A stretch of 64,000 nucleotides of DNA from an uncultured Acidobacteriota bacterium (GTDB lineage: Bacteria > Acidobacteriota > Vicinamibacteria > Vicinamibacterales > JAKQTR01), in the NCBI GenBank assembly GCA_963834645.1, contig CAWICP010000019.1, positions 110,544-174,543 of the forward strand. The letters are read 5' to 3'. A program made the position numbers and the translations under genes. The notes under the pieces were generated by a model. The model worked only from the letters and a program-made list of their open reading frames with translations, was not told the origin of the DNA and searched no databases. Of this stretch, positions 1-10,243 are shown one piece after another; positions within the stretch are counted from its first letter, which is position 1, and every line of letters starts with the position of its first letter.

Positions 1-2310
1 CTCCTCGCGCAGGCGGACGATGATCGGGTACTCGAAGCCGCGCTCGCGGAACTGGGCGGCCGTCGTGCCGGCGACGTTCGTGCGCAGGGTGCTGGCCACG
101 TCGCTCTGGCGCATGCCGAGCAGCGCCGCCTTCGGGCGATCCACGCGGACGGCGAGTTCGGGCCGGCCTTCTTCGCGGCCGATGCGCGCGCCCTTGATGC
201 CCGGCGTCTCGTCCATGACGGCCTTGGCGCGGATGGCCAGGTTGCGCGAGTCCTCGAGGTCGTGCCCCCGGATCTCGAGCGAGAGGCGCCCCTCGCCGCC
301 CTGGTTGAACATGCGGCTCATCTGGTTGTTGCCGCCGGAGGCGCGCGGGCGCAGGACCACGCCCGGCAGGCCCGTCAGTTTCACGCGGAGATCCTGCGCG
401 ACCTCCTCGTTCGAGCGCGTGCGCTCGGCGCGGGGCTTGAGGCGCAGGGTCAGCGACCCGCGGTGGCCCGAGCCGCCCATGAACCCGCCGCCGCCGCCGT
501 TGCTGATCAGGATGTCGAGCTCGGGCACCACCTCGCGCACCATCTGCTCGAGCCGGAGGATGGTGGCCTCGGTCCGCTCGATGCGCGTGCCGACCGGCAG
601 CTCGACGTCGACCTGGACCTCGCCTTCGTCGGTCTGCGGCATCAGCTCCGAGCCGACGAGCGGCATGAGGACGATGGCCAGGACGAAGAGCGCCGTGCCG
701 GTGAGCAGCACCGTCGGCCGGTGATGGAGCGCCTTGTGGAGGACGGTGCGATAGCCGTCGTCGATCCGCGTCAGCGCCGTCTCGCTCCAGCTGTACAGCC
801 GGCCCATCACGCCGCGGCGCTCCTCGGCGGGCGGCGGGAGGCGCAGCAGCTTGGAGCAGAGCACGGGGACCAGCGTCACCGCGACGAACAGCGACATGCC
901 CAGGGAGAACATCACGACGACCGCGAGCTGCTTGAACATGATGCTCGAGATCCCCGTGAGGAACAGCAGCGGCACGAACACCGACACGTGCGTGAGGATG
1001 GAGGCGACAATCGCCGACCACACCTCTTCCGAGCCGTCGATGGCCGCCTGCCGCCGGTCCTTTCCGAACTTCTCCATGTGGCGGAACGAGTTCTCGAGCA
1101 CGACGATCGACGCGTCGACGATCATGCCGACGCCCAGCGCCAGCCCGCCGAAGGTCATCGTGTTGAGCGTGAACCCGGCGAAGTAGAGCAGGGCGAAGGT
1201 GCCGATGATCGAGATGGGGATCGACGCGCAGATGATGAACGTCGACCGCACGTCCCGGAGGAACAGGAAGATGATCCCCACGACGAGGAAGGCGCCGAGA
1301 TAGGCGGCCTCCTTGACGCTGTCGATCGACCGCTCGATGAAGATCGAGCTGTCGTCGAGCACCATCAGCCTGACGTTCGGGACCTCCTGGTTGATGCGCG
1401 CGATTTCCGCCTTCACGGCTTCGGCGATCGCCACCGTGTTCTCGCCCGACTGCTTGGTGACGCGCATCCGGATCGCCGGCGTGCCGTTGATCCGCGTGAA
1501 CGACCGCAGGTCTTCGGTGGCGTCCTTCACCTCGGCGATGTCCCGGAGGTAGATCGGCACGTTGCCCCGCGACAGGATCACCAGATCGCGGATCTGCTCG
1601 AGGTTCTCGTACTGACCCTGGCTTCGCAGCAGGTACGTCGTGTCGCCTTCGTCGATCTCGCCGAGGGGCGTGTTCTCGTTCTCGCTCCTGAGGACGCTGA
1701 CCACGCGGTCGACCGAGAGATCGAGGGCCGCGATCTTCTCCTTGGACAGCTCGACGTGAATCTGCCGCCGGAGGCCGCCTTCCACGCTGACGGCCGCCAC
1801 GCCCGGCACCCGCTCCATGCGCGGCGACAGGATGTTCTGCGCCATCTCGCGGAGCTCGACCCGGTCCATGTTCTGGCTCTCGACGCCGACGCCCATGATC
1901 GGCATCGCGGAGGCGTCGAACTTGAACAGGATTGGCGCGTCGGCGTCCTCGGGCAGCCGCCCGCGCACCCGGTCCACGCGGCTGCGCACGTCGTCGGCGG
2001 CCTCGGCCAGGTCCGTGCCCCACGCGAAGTTCAGGCGGACCGTCGAGCTGCCCTCCGACGAGGTGGCGTTGATCTGCTCCAGGCCCGCCACCGCGCTCAC
2101 CGCCTGCTCGATCGGGCGGGTGACGAGCTCCTCCATCTCGAGCGGGCCGACGCCGCCGTAGCTCACGCGGACGGTGATGCTGGGGAAGGTCACGTCCGGC
2201 ATCAGGTCGACCGGCAGCCGGACGAGCGAAATCGCGCCGAGCAGCACGATGACCGCGCAGAGCATGTACATCGTGATCGGGCGTTCAATGGCCGTGCGTG
2301 GGATGCTCAT
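1..2310 (-). CDS. RND (HAE1/AcrB-like) efflux pump inner-membrane subunit, N-terminal ~770 codons; C-terminus lies beyond window start
   Basis: The reverse strand opens at ATG 2310 (MSIPRTAIERPITMYMLCAVIVLLGAISLVRLPVDLMPDVTFPSITV...) and stays open to position 1. AcrB-type blocks are read by eye (GGLALGVGMIVDASIVVLEN, large periplasmic loops). No stop-bounded minus ORF is listed in 1-2335, consistent with one intact frame. Listed + ORF 262..2523 is its antisense shadow. Confidence 0.9.
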   Translation of the reverse strand, partial: MSIPRTAIERPITMYMLCAVIVLLGAISLVRLPVDLMPDVTFPSITVRVSYGGVGPLEMEELVTRPIEQAVSAVAGLEQINATSSEGSSTVRLNFAWGTDLAEAADDVRSRVDRVRGRLPEDADAPILFKFDASAMPIMGVGVESQNMDRVELREMAQNILSPRMERVPGVAAVSVEGGLRRQIHVELSKEKIAALDLSVDRVVSVLRSENENTPLGEIDEGDTTYLLRSQGQYENLEQIRDLVILSRGNVPIYLRDIAEVKDATEDLRSFTRINGTPAIRMRVTKQSGENTVAIAEAVKAEIARINQEVPNVRLMVLDDSSIFIERSIDSVKEAAYLGAFLVVGIIFLFLRDVRSTFIICASIPISIIGTFALLYFAGFTLNTMTFGGLALGVGMIVDASIVVLENSFRHMEKFGKDRRQAAIDGSEEVWSAIVASILTHVSVFVPLLFLTGISSIMFKQLAVVVMFSLGMSLFVAVTLVPVLCSKLLRLPPPAEERRGVMGRLYSWSETALTRIDDGYRTVLHKALHHRPTVLLTGTALFVLAIVLMPLVGSELMPQTDEGEVQVDVELPVGTRIERTEATILRLEQMVREVVPELDILISNGGGGGFMGGSGHRGSLTLRLKPRAERTRSNEEVAQDLRVKLTGLPGVVLRPRASGGNNQMSRMFNQGGEGRLSLEIRGHDLEDSRNLAIRAKAVMDETPGIKGARIGREEGRPELAVRVDRPKAALLGMRQSDVASTLRTNVAGTTAAQFRERGFEYPIIVRLREE

Positions 2311-2346
2311 GTGTTCGCTCTCTGCTGTCTCAACGTCATGCCGGAG

Positions 2347-3626
2347 CTACGCGCCGCCGCCGGGCGCGCCTGCGCCGCCCCTGGCGCGCCGCCCTCGCGC
2401 CGCCGGAGCGCCGCCACGGGCGCCCCGCCCGGCCTGGCCGGCAATCACGATCGGATCGCCGTCCCTGAGCGACGCGGACCCGAGCGTGATCACCGTGCTC
2501 GCCGTCGGCCAGGCCTTCCGTGATTTCGACGGCTTCGCCGTCGACGATGCCCGACGTGATCGGCTTGAAGCGGGCGGTCTTCCCGTCGGCCACGAAGACG
2601 CCCCGCGTGCCTTCCACGTCGACGATCGCGTTGCGCGGCACCGTCAGCGCGCCCGCGCGCTGGGCGACGACGAACTGCACGCGCGCGTACATGCCCGGGC
2701 TTCAGCCGCGCGCCGGCGTTCGGCACCTCGACCTCCATCTGCGCCGTGCGCGTGGCCGGGATCCAGCACCGGCGCGAGCCGGGCGACGCGCCCCGCGAAG
2801 GTCTCGCCGGGATACGCGTCCACCTCGACGACGGCCGGCATGTCGATCACGATCCGCCGCAGGTCCTTCTCGACGAGGTTGGCCACCAGGCGCACGAAGT
2901 GGATGTCCACCACCGACAGGAACGACGAGTTGGTGCCCACGAACGCGCCGGGATCCAGGCTCCGGCTGCCGACGAACCCGTCGACGGGGGAGAGGATCCG
3001 CGTGTTCGAGAGATTGATCCGCAACTCCTCGAGCCGCGCCGTCGCCTGGGAGCCCTGGGCCCTCGCCAGGTCGACCTGGGCCACCGCCGCGTCGTATCTG
3101 CGCCTCGGCGTCGTCGAGCGTCTGCTGCGCGATGAGGCTGCGTCCGAAGAGGTTCCTCGAGCGCTCGAGGTTGCTCTGGGCGTTCTTCAGGTCGGCCTCG
3201 CGCTGGCGGACCGTGGCCCTCGACACCTCGAGCGAGGCCTCGGTCTGGCGCACCTGCTCCCGCAGTTCGCGGTCTTCGAGCGTCGCCAGCAACTGGCCCC
3301 GGCGGACCGGGTCGCCCAGGCGCACGTTGACGGATTCGATGCGCCCGCTGACCTTGGGGACCACGGCGACCGTCGCCGCGCCGATCAGGTTGCCGACCAC
3401 CATGACGCGCTCCGCGACGTCGAGGCGGCGTTGTCGTCGTGGTCTCCACGGTCATCGTCGGGCGGAACGCGCCGCCGCCGGGGCACCGCCGCCGCCGGCC
3501 GACCCCCCGGCTGCCCGTCGCCGCCTGCGCCGGGGCCGTGCCGCCGCCTGCACCGGAGCCCAGATACATCCAGAGGCCGACCGCGACCACGACTGCCACG
3601 ATTCCAAGAATGAGTGCTTTACGCAT
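2347..3626 (-). pseudogene. RND-pump periplasmic adaptor (membrane fusion protein, AcrA/HlyD family); at least 5 frame breaks as sequenced
   Basis: Fragments in three minus frames join into one MFP. These are MRKALILGIVAVVVAVGLWMY (ORF 2847..3626), RLDVAERVMVVGNLIGAATVAVVPKVSGRIESVNVRLGDPVRRGQLLATLEDRELREQ (2702..3403) and AQVDLARAQGSQATARLEELRINLSNTRILSPVDGFVGSRSLDPGAFV...VARLAPVLDP (2644..3084). They continue with MEVEVPNAGARLKPG (2490..2738), MYARVQFVVAQRAGALTVPRNAIVDVEG (2336..2692) and ITLGSASLRDGDPIVIAG ending at TAG 2347. Breaks are near 3415, 3108, 2758, 2694 and 2497. Confidence 0.8.
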
Positions 3627-3692
3627 ACGTCCTGCCGGTATCCCTCAACTCATGACGCGCGGAGGCGGTGGACATGTCCCGAGACGCCCCCG

Positions 3693-5353
3693 TCAGATGC
3701 CGCCGGCGGTCTTCTGGACACGCTCGAAGGCGACCAGCGCCTTCTGGTAGTCCAGGGCCGCCCGCAGTTCCGCGATTCTGCGCGTCGAGCAGGTCGCGCT
3801 GGGCCTGCACGACGAAGAAGTTGGTCGACATGCCGACCTCGAACTTGCTCTGCTCGTTCTCGAGGCGCTTCTCCGACAGCTCGCGGGCGGCGCGGGAGGC
3901 CTCGCATGCGCCTCAGCGTGCTCTCCACCTGCAGCGCCGCGTTGGTCACCTCGGTCGCCACCGTCAGTTCGAGCGCCCGAATCTGGGCCTGGGACTGCTG
4001 GTACTGCAGCTTCGCCCGGGCGTACGCCGCCTCCTGCGCGCTCTTGCCCAGCGGGTAGGAGAACGTCATGCCGACGGTCCAGTTGGGATAGTCGAACTGC
4101 CGCATCATGGCGAACGCCTCGGGCCAGCCGCCGGGGATCGTCCCGACGACGACGCCGCCCTCGCGGATGAACTGATTGCCGCCGAGGCCGCGGGTGCCGA
4201 GCGTGGCCGTGGCGTTCAGGGCGGGCATCATCTGGTTGCGGAGGTACTGGATGTTGACGTCGTTGCTCGCCAGGTTCTTGCGGGCCGTCACCAGGTCGGT
4301 CCGCTGGTCGAGCGCCGTCGTCACGGCCGCCTCGAGGATCGATCGTCGCGGGCTGGACCTGCACCATGTCGATCGGGTCGATGGTGGCTCTCCAGACCGG
4401 GTCGGTCGGTGTCGCTGACGATGAGGCGCTTGAGCACCAGCTCCGCCGTGCGCCGCGTGGCCTCGGCCTGCGGTCAGCGTCTGGCGCCGCGTGGCGGCCT
4501 CGGCCTGGGCCGAGATGATGTCCATCGGCGCGAGCGTGCCCACCTCGACGCGGACCCGGTTGTCCTCGACGAGCTTCTCGGCCAGCGCGAGCGACTGCTT
4601 CGCGGCCTCGATCGCCCGGATCGCGGCGAGCAGATCCCAGTAGGCGTTCTTGGTGGTCGCGGTGAGTTGTGATCCGGGTCAGCAGCGTGATGTCCGAGAT
4701 CTCGCGCGTGATGGTGCCGGTCCGCAGCTGGTTGCGCGTGGTGTCGATCTTGAAGTCCCGGAGCAGCGGCTGGGTGATCGTGGCCGTGAGCTGCGTCGTG
4801 TACTGCGGGTTCAGCGTCGCGAACGTGCTGGTCGTGTTCGTGCGCGCGTTGTTGAACGCCGCCGTGTAGGTCGTGCCGAACCAGGGCAGGGTCTGGGCGA
4901 TGTTGACGTTGGCGTTGGCCGTCTCGTTCGTCACCCGGCTGCCGCCGTTCAGCAGGCTGGTGGGCAGCGGCATGGTCGAGTTGGCGTTCAGCGTGCGAAT
5001 TCAGCGTCGGCCGGTACGCGCCGCGGGTCTGCGCGAGCGTCAGGTCCTGCAACTGCGGGTTGAGCCGCTCGACGGACAGCTCGATGTTGTTGTCGAGCGC
5101 CATCTTGACGGCCTGTTCCACCGTCAGCTGGATGACGGGCCGCGCCTCCGCGCGCTCCTCCAGCGTCTTCTGCTGCGCCGGGACGGGCTGCGCCTGGCCT
5201 TCCGTGAACTTCTCCCTGGCGTATTTCACCAGTTCGTCGACGCGAGCCTGCTCGCGGGCTGCGGCAGCCCCGGACTGCGCCTGGGCGAATGCGCCGGAGC
5301 GGGATCGCGAGCGCAAGCGCCGCGATGCCCACGATGAGTGCGACACGTGCCAA
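3693..5353 (-). pseudogene. TolC-family outer-membrane efflux channel; at least 8 frame breaks as sequenced
   Basis: The gene starts at TTG 5353 with signal peptide ARVALIVGIAALALAIPL. It continues as LTVEQAVKMALDNNIELSVERLNPQLQDLTLAQTRGAYRPTLNS (ORF 4474..5346) and LPWFGTTYTAAFNNARTNTTSTFATLNPQYTTQL...ISDITLLTRIT (3693..4973). Next come NAYWDLLAAIRAIEAAKQSLALAEKLVEDNRVRVEVGTLAPMDIISAQAE and LEAAVTTALDQRTDLVTARKNLASNDVNIQYLRNQ...LELTVATEVTNAALQVESTL (3650..4543). It ends with MSTNFFVVQAQRDLLDAQNR (3619..3831) and IAELRAALDYQKALVAFERV, stop 3693. Breaks are near 5298, 5005, 4665, 4470, 4410, 4340, 3900 and 3775. Confidence 0.8.
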
Positions 5354-5400
5354 TCCTCTTCACGGAACTCCTCCCTGGTGAGGGGGTTATCCTGTCTCGG

Positions 5401-5836
5401 CTACCTGGTGGGCTGTCGGCGGATCTGGCGGCGTTCCTGCTCCCAGCGCTCGTGCAGGGCGTTCATCTTCGCACGCTGTTCGACGGTCAGGATCTGGTGC
5501 ATCCGGTAGATCATCAGCGTGCGGGATCTTCGCCAGCTCCGCCCGCGAGTGCTCGACCTGGTCCACCATCTTCATGACGTCGCCCTCGGGCGCCACGCCC
5601 TCGGCGATGGTCTTCGACAGGCGGGCCTCGAGCCGGTCCAGCTCTTCCTTGCCGGTGGTGAGCGTCGGGCGCAGGCCCTGGTACACCTCCTCGAGCCGCG
5701 CGATCTGCTCGGGCGACAGGACCAGGTCGGCCTTGAACCTGTCGGACTGCCACCACTTGAAACCCTGGGCGCCCGCCGCGGCGGGGACGGCCAGGACGAG
5801 AACCAGACACCAGATGACGCCGCGCCGGATAGACAT
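5401..5836 (-). pseudogene. Periplasmic Spy/CpxP-like LTxxQ-motif protein; one frame break (~5520)
   Basis: ATG 5836 opens MSIRRGVIWCLVLVLAVPAAAGAQGFKWWQSDRFKADLVLSPEQIARLEEVYQGLRP...VEHSRAELAKI (ORF 5387..5929). The sequence continues in another frame as RTLMIYRMHQILTVEQRAKMNALHERWEQERRQIRRQPTR, stop TAG 5401. It has a signal peptide and two L(S/T)xxQ helices. Confidence 0.7.
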
Positions 5837-5891
5837 GGCGGTCTTACACCTCCGCTTCGCCTGGGAATTACGACCGGGCGGGGCGGAGTGT

Positions 5892-7094
5892 TTACCGGGG
5901 CGCCGGGGCGGGATCGGCGAAGGCGGCAAGCTTGAGAATCGTGGCGCCGACGAGGTTGTCCGGCGTCGACGCCCCGGCCGTCAGGCCGATCGAGAGCGGC
6001 CCCGTCCGCCGGGAGCCATCCGCGCGTGGCCACCTCGGTCCTGCTGACCGGCCGGCCAGTGCCGGATCTCCTCCGGCGACACGAGGCAGGCGTCGTCGGC
6101 GATGTGGTAGGTCGGGACCCGGTCCGCGCAGATCCGCGCCAGGTTCAGGGTGTTGCTGCTGTTGTAGCCGCCGACGACGACCATCAGGTCGATCGGGTGA
6201 GTCGCCGCAGCAGCGCTGACCACCGCGTCCTGCCGGTCCTGGGTGGCGCTGCAGATGGTGTCGAACGCGCGATAGTGCTCGGCGAGCGCCTCGGCGCCGT
6301 AGCGCTCGCCGCCAGCGCCTGCCGGAACATCTCGCCGATCTCGAGCGACTCGGTCATCAGCATCGTGGTCTGGTTGGCCAGGCCGATCCGCTCCAGGTCC
6401 CGATCCGGGTCGAACCCCGGCGAGGCCGCCTCCGCGAAGCGCCCGAGGAAGGCCGCGCGGTCGCCGCCGCCGCGGATGTAGCGCGCAGACGTCGGCGGCC
6501 TCCGCCCGGTCGAGGACGACGAGATAGGGGCCGCTGGGCGGCTTGAGGGCCTGGGACGCCGTCGCCCGGGTCTCTTCGTGGTGGATCTTGCCGTGGATGA
6601 CGGAGGTGAACCCGTCCTCCGCGTAGCGCCGGACGTTCTTCCAGACGTTGAGCACCGATCCGCACGTCGTGTCGACCAGCGTGCAGCCCTGCCGGTCGAA
6701 TGCCGCCAGCTGCGCGACGGTGACGCCGAAGGCCGGGAGGATCACGACGTCGTCGGGTCCGAGCGCCTCGGGCGACTCGCCGGGGTCGTCGAGGAACCGG
6801 ATGCCGCTCGCGCGCAGCTTGTCGTTGACGTGCGGGTTGTGGATGATCTCGCCCGTCAGGTAGACGCGCCTGTCCGGGAAACTTCCGGCGCGACTGGTAG
6901 GCGTAGTCCACCGCCCGGTCGACGCCGTAGCAGAAGCCGAATTCGCGCGCGAGATGCAGCGTGAGCCGGCCGGAGCGGAACGTGAAGTCGGTGGCCTTGA
7001 GCTCGTCGACCAGCGCGCTGCGATAGTCCTGCGCGAGTTCGCCGGCGACGGCCGCCTTCAGGTCGAGGCCTTTGCGGAAGATCACGGACGGCAT
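5892..7094 (-). pseudogene. ispH: 4-hydroxy-3-methylbut-2-enyl diphosphate reductase (IspH/LytB, long form); at least 5 frame breaks as sequenced
   Basis: ATG 7094 opens MPSVIFRKGLDLKAAVAGELAQDYRSALVDELKATDFTFRSGRLTLHLAREFGFCYGVDRAVDYAY. It continues as DRRVYLTGEIIHNPHVNDKLRASGIRFL...[61 protein letters not shown]. Later pieces are [18 protein letters not shown]...[51 protein letters not shown]...MVVVGGYNSSNTLNLARIC and PLSIGLTAGASTPDNLVGATILKL, stop TAA 5892. Breaks are near 6876, 6475, 6300, 6050 and 5995. Confidence 0.85.
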
Positions 7095-7102
7095 GCGCGG
7101 GC

Positions 7103-7672
7103 TCAGTGAACGCCTGAGCTGGCGTGCAGGGCGGCCGGGTCCACCCCGAGGCGGCGAATGGCCGCTTCCCACATCTCGGCGGGCTTGGTCTCGAAGACGA
7201 TCTCGGTCGCGACGTCGCTGATGAGCCACGACGACTCGGTGAGCTCGCCGTCGAGCTGCTTCGCGCCCCAGCCGGCATAGCCCATCAGGAGCCGGGCCTT
7301 CTCGACCGGCGGGCCCTCGATGAGCTTGCGCAGCAGCACGGCCGACGAGGACACGAAGACCCCCGGGCTGACCTCGAAGGCGTCGTCGCCGAGCGGCTCC
7401 TCGGGCAGCAGGAGCGCGCCGCGCTGCGGTTCGACCGGGCCGCCGGTCCAGATCTCCAGGCCGCTGTCGCCCTGGAGCGGCGGCGTGAACTCGATCACGC
7501 TGGCGGCGGTCTTGCCGGTGGGGCGGTTCAGAATCAGGCCCCAGGCGCCGTCGGCGCTGTATTCGCACAGCAGGATGACGGTGTGGCGGAAGTTGGGGTC
7601 CGCCAGCTGCGGCATCGACACCAGCATCGCGGGCGCCAGCGTCGGCCGTTGCGGGGTCTCGTCGTCGATCAC
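7103..7672 (-). CDS. YqgE/AlgH family protein (UPF0301)
   Basis: This is an intact 189-aa ORF. It contains MLVSMPQLADPNFRHTVILLCEYSADGAWGLILNRP...LLMGYAGWGAKQLDGELTESSWL, the characteristic YqgE/AlgH blocks. Confidence 0.85.
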   Translation of the reverse strand: MIDDETPQRPTLAPAMLVSMPQLADPNFRHTVILLCEYSADGAWGLILNRPTGKTAASVIEFTPPLQGDSGLEIWTGGPVEPQRGALLLPEEPLGDDAFEVSPGVFVSSSAVLLRKLIEGPPVEKARLLMGYAGWGAKQLDGELTESSWLISDVATEIVFETKPAEMWEAAIRRLGVDPAALHASSGVH

Positions 7673-7751
7673 ACCACGATCATACGACGGAACGGCGCCG
7701 GACGCGCAGGGCCCGCAGCCGCGTGCGATCGGCGCCGAATCCCGGGGCCGC

Positions 7752-9185
7752 TCAGACGTCGGTCGGCGAGAAGCCGTCCGACGACGGGTTCCGCAGGTAG
7801 GTGTCGATCGCGCGAGCCGCCTTGCGGCCGGCGCCCATCGCCGAGATCACGGTGGCGCCGCCGGTCACGATGTCGCCGCCGGCGAAGACGCCGGCCTTCT
7901 GCGTGGCGCCGGTCCCGTCGTCGGCGAGGATGTTGCCCCACTTGTTCACGGGCAGGTCGGGCGTGGTGTTGCGGATCAGCGGATTGGCGCCCTGGCCGAT
8001 CGCGAACACCACCGTGTCGACGTCGATGTCGAACTCGGAGCCCTTGACCGGCACCGGGCTGCGGCGGCCGGACGCGTCCGGTTCGCCCAGCTCCATGCGG
8101 ATGCAGCGGATGGCGCGGACCCGCGACCGCTCGTCGGCCAGGATGGCGGTCGGCGCCGCCAGCATCATGATCTCCACGCCCTCTTCCTCGGCGTGGTCGA
8201 TCTCCTCGGCGCGGGCGGGCATCTCTTTCCGCGTGCGGCGATAGATCAGGTAGGCGTTCTCGGCGCCGAGGCGCAGCGACGTGCGGACGGCGTCCATGGC
8301 GGTGTTGCCCCCGCCGATGACGGCGACGTTGCGGCCCCGGATGGTGGGCGTGTCCGTCACGGGGAACAGGTACGCCTTCATCAGGTTCGAGCGCGTGAGG
8401 TACTCGTTCGCCGAGTACACGCCAATCAGGTTGATGCCCGGAATCTTCGGGAACGTGGGGAGCCCGGCGCCCGTGCCGATGAAGACCGCCTCGAAGCCGA
8501 GCTCGGTGAAGAGCTCGTCGACGGTGAACGTCTGGCCGATCACGTGGTTGGTCTTGATCTCGACGCCGATGCGCTTGAGGCCGTCAATCTCGCGTTCGAC
8601 GATCGACTTGGGCAGCCGGAACTCGGGGATGCCGTAGACGAGCACGCCGCCGGGCTTGTGCAGCGCCTCGAAGATCGTCACCGCATGGCCCAGCTTCGCC
8701 AGGTCGGCGGCCACGGTCAGGCCGGCCGGGCCCGACCCGACGACCGCCACCTTGTGGCCGGTGGAGGGCGCGGGCGGCGTGTCGTCGGTGAACTTGACGA
8801 GGGCGGCGTAGTCGGCGACGAAGCGCTCGAGGCGGCCGATGGCCACCGGCTCGTTCTTGACGCCCAGCGTGCACTTCATCTCGCACTGCTCTTCCTGCGG
8901 GCACACGCGGCCGCAGACGGCCGGCAGCACGTTGCGATCCATCAGCGTCCGGAAGGCGCCCTCGAAGTCCCGCTCGGCCACCTGCTTGATGAAGTGCGGG
9001 ATGTCGATCTCGACCGGGCAGCCGGCGATGCAGGGCTCGTTCTTGCACTGGATGCAGCGCTGCGCCTCGAGCACCGCGAGGTCCACCGGGTAGCCGAGGG
9101 AGACTTCCTCGAAGTTGTGCGCCCGCTCGTGGGGGTCCTGGAGCGGCATCGGCGTCTTCGTCTTCTGGATGATCTTTTTCGCCAT
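7752..9185 (-). CDS. GltD-like NADPH oxidoreductase (NfnB/SudA-type large subunit; glutamate synthase small-chain homologue)
   Basis: This is an intact 477-aa ORF. It has an N-terminal Fe-S Cys cluster (CIQCKNEPCIAGCP...CGRVCPQEEQCE) and two Rossmann motifs (VAVVGSGPAGL, VAVIGGGNTAMD). It ends with GVFAGGDIVTGGATVISAMGAGRKAA. Confidence 0.85.
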   Translation of the reverse strand: MAKKIIQKTKTPMPLQDPHERAHNFEEVSLGYPVDLAVLEAQRCIQCKNEPCIAGCPVEIDIPHFIKQVAERDFEGAFRTLMDRNVLPAVCGRVCPQEEQCEMKCTLGVKNEPVAIGRLERFVADYAALVKFTDDTPPAPSTGHKVAVVGSGPAGLTVAADLAKLGHAVTIFEALHKPGGVLVYGIPEFRLPKSIVEREIDGLKRIGVEIKTNHVIGQTFTVDELFTELGFEAVFIGTGAGLPTFPKIPGINLIGVYSANEYLTRSNLMKAYLFPVTDTPTIRGRNVAVIGGGNTAMDAVRTSLRLGAENAYLIYRRTRKEMPARAEEIDHAEEEGVEIMMLAAPTAILADERSRVRAIRCIRMELGEPDASGRRSPVPVKGSEFDIDVDTVVFAIGQGANPLIRNTTPDLPVNKWGNILADDGTGATQKAGVFAGGDIVTGGATVISAMGAGRKAARAIDTYLRNPSSDGFSPTDV

Positions 9186-9222
9186 GGGTCTGGGGCTCGG
9201 CTCTGTGAGGCGGCGCGCGCGG

Positions 9223-10073
9223 TCAGCTGGACTGGCTGCGGCAGGCGGAGGCCTGATCGAACAGGCGAAGCGACTCGGCTTCCTGCTCCCGGTAGGCGCG
9301 CAGGCGCGCGTTGAGCTCCTCGAAGTCCACCTGGTGCCCGTCGAACTCGGGGCCGTCGACGCAGACGAACTTCTGCTCGCCGCCCACCGACACGCGGCAT
9401 CCGCCGCACATGCCCGTGCCGTCCACCATGACGGGGTTCAGGCTGACGGTGGTGGGGATGCCGAGCGGGCGCGTCACCTCGACGACGGCGCGCATCATCG
9501 GCAGCGGCCCGACCGCCACCACCTCGTCGAAGTGGCGGCCCTCGGCCAGCAGCGCCTTGAGGGCGTCGGTGACCAGGCCCTTCTGCGCCGTACGACCCGT
9601 CGTCGGTGGTCACGACGACGCTGGTCGACCACCGCGCGGAGCTCCTTCTCGAGAATGACGAGGTCCTTCGACCGCCCGCCGATAATCGCCACGACCTCGC
9701 CGTGGAGCGCCTTCACGCCGCACGCGATCGGGTAGACCACCGCCGTGCCGATGCCGCCGCCGATGCAGCAGACTTTCCGGCCCGGGTGAATCTCGGTCGG
9801 CCGGCCGAGCGGGCCGGCGAGGTCGAGAATCGCGTCGCCCTCGTTCATCGCGTTGAGCTGACGGGTGGACTTGCCGACGCCCTGGACGATGATCGAAATC
9901 GCGCCCCGCGCCTTGTCGACGTCGGCGATCGTGAGGGGGATGCGCTCGCCGTTCTCGTCAGTCCGGATGATCACGAACTGGCCGGGCTTGCGCTTGCGGG
10001 CGATGTGCGGCCCCTCGATCCAGAAACGGACCACGTCGGGCGCCAGCACTTCCTTGTTGAGAATTCGATGCAC
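9223..10073 (-). pseudogene. PyrK/SudB-like FAD/[2Fe-2S] ferredoxin-NADP reductase subunit (NfnA-type); two frame breaks (~9625, ~9590)
   Basis: The N-terminal piece is MHRILNKEVLAPDVVRFWIEGPHIARKRKPGQFVIIRTDENGERIPLTIAD...CCIGGGIGTAVVYPIA (ORF 9495..10073). It continues through SVVVTTDDGSYGA and then QKGLVTDALKALLAEGRHFDEVVAVGPLPMMRAVVE...MVDGTGMCGGCRVSVGGEQKFVCVDGPEF (ORF 9223..9522). The gene is adjacent to and co-directional with the GltD-like gene. Confidence 0.8.
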
Positions 10074-10243
10074 GGTTCAGGCTCCGCTGCTGCAGGCACG
10101 ACTGGACGAGGGAACTGCCGGGAATCTGGCGGTCCACTCCTGCAGGTAAAGTGTACAGCAAACCGGGTACCAGGGCGCCCTGGGTCCCCGCGACAGCGCC
10201 GGACGCGGCGCGTCAATCCTGCGATAGAATCGGCGCCACGAAC

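Noticed and set aside
262-2523. Very long ORFs on the strand opposite to recognisable genes. Examples are 262..2523(+), 12326..14230(-), 16039..17577(-), 19946..21652(-), 21640..22914(-), 24372..26618(+) and 27115..28989(-). Further examples are 29246..31354(-), 34804..36369(-), 38511..39971(+), 42804..44780(+), 45673..47220(-), 48356..49537(-), 50985..52289(+) and 60605..62770(+).
   Set aside because: Their translations are Arg/Ala/Gly/Pro/His/Asp-rich low-complexity strings with no motifs. Each lies exactly antisense to a gene with clear family signatures. These are the classic stop-poor shadow frames of GC-rich DNA.
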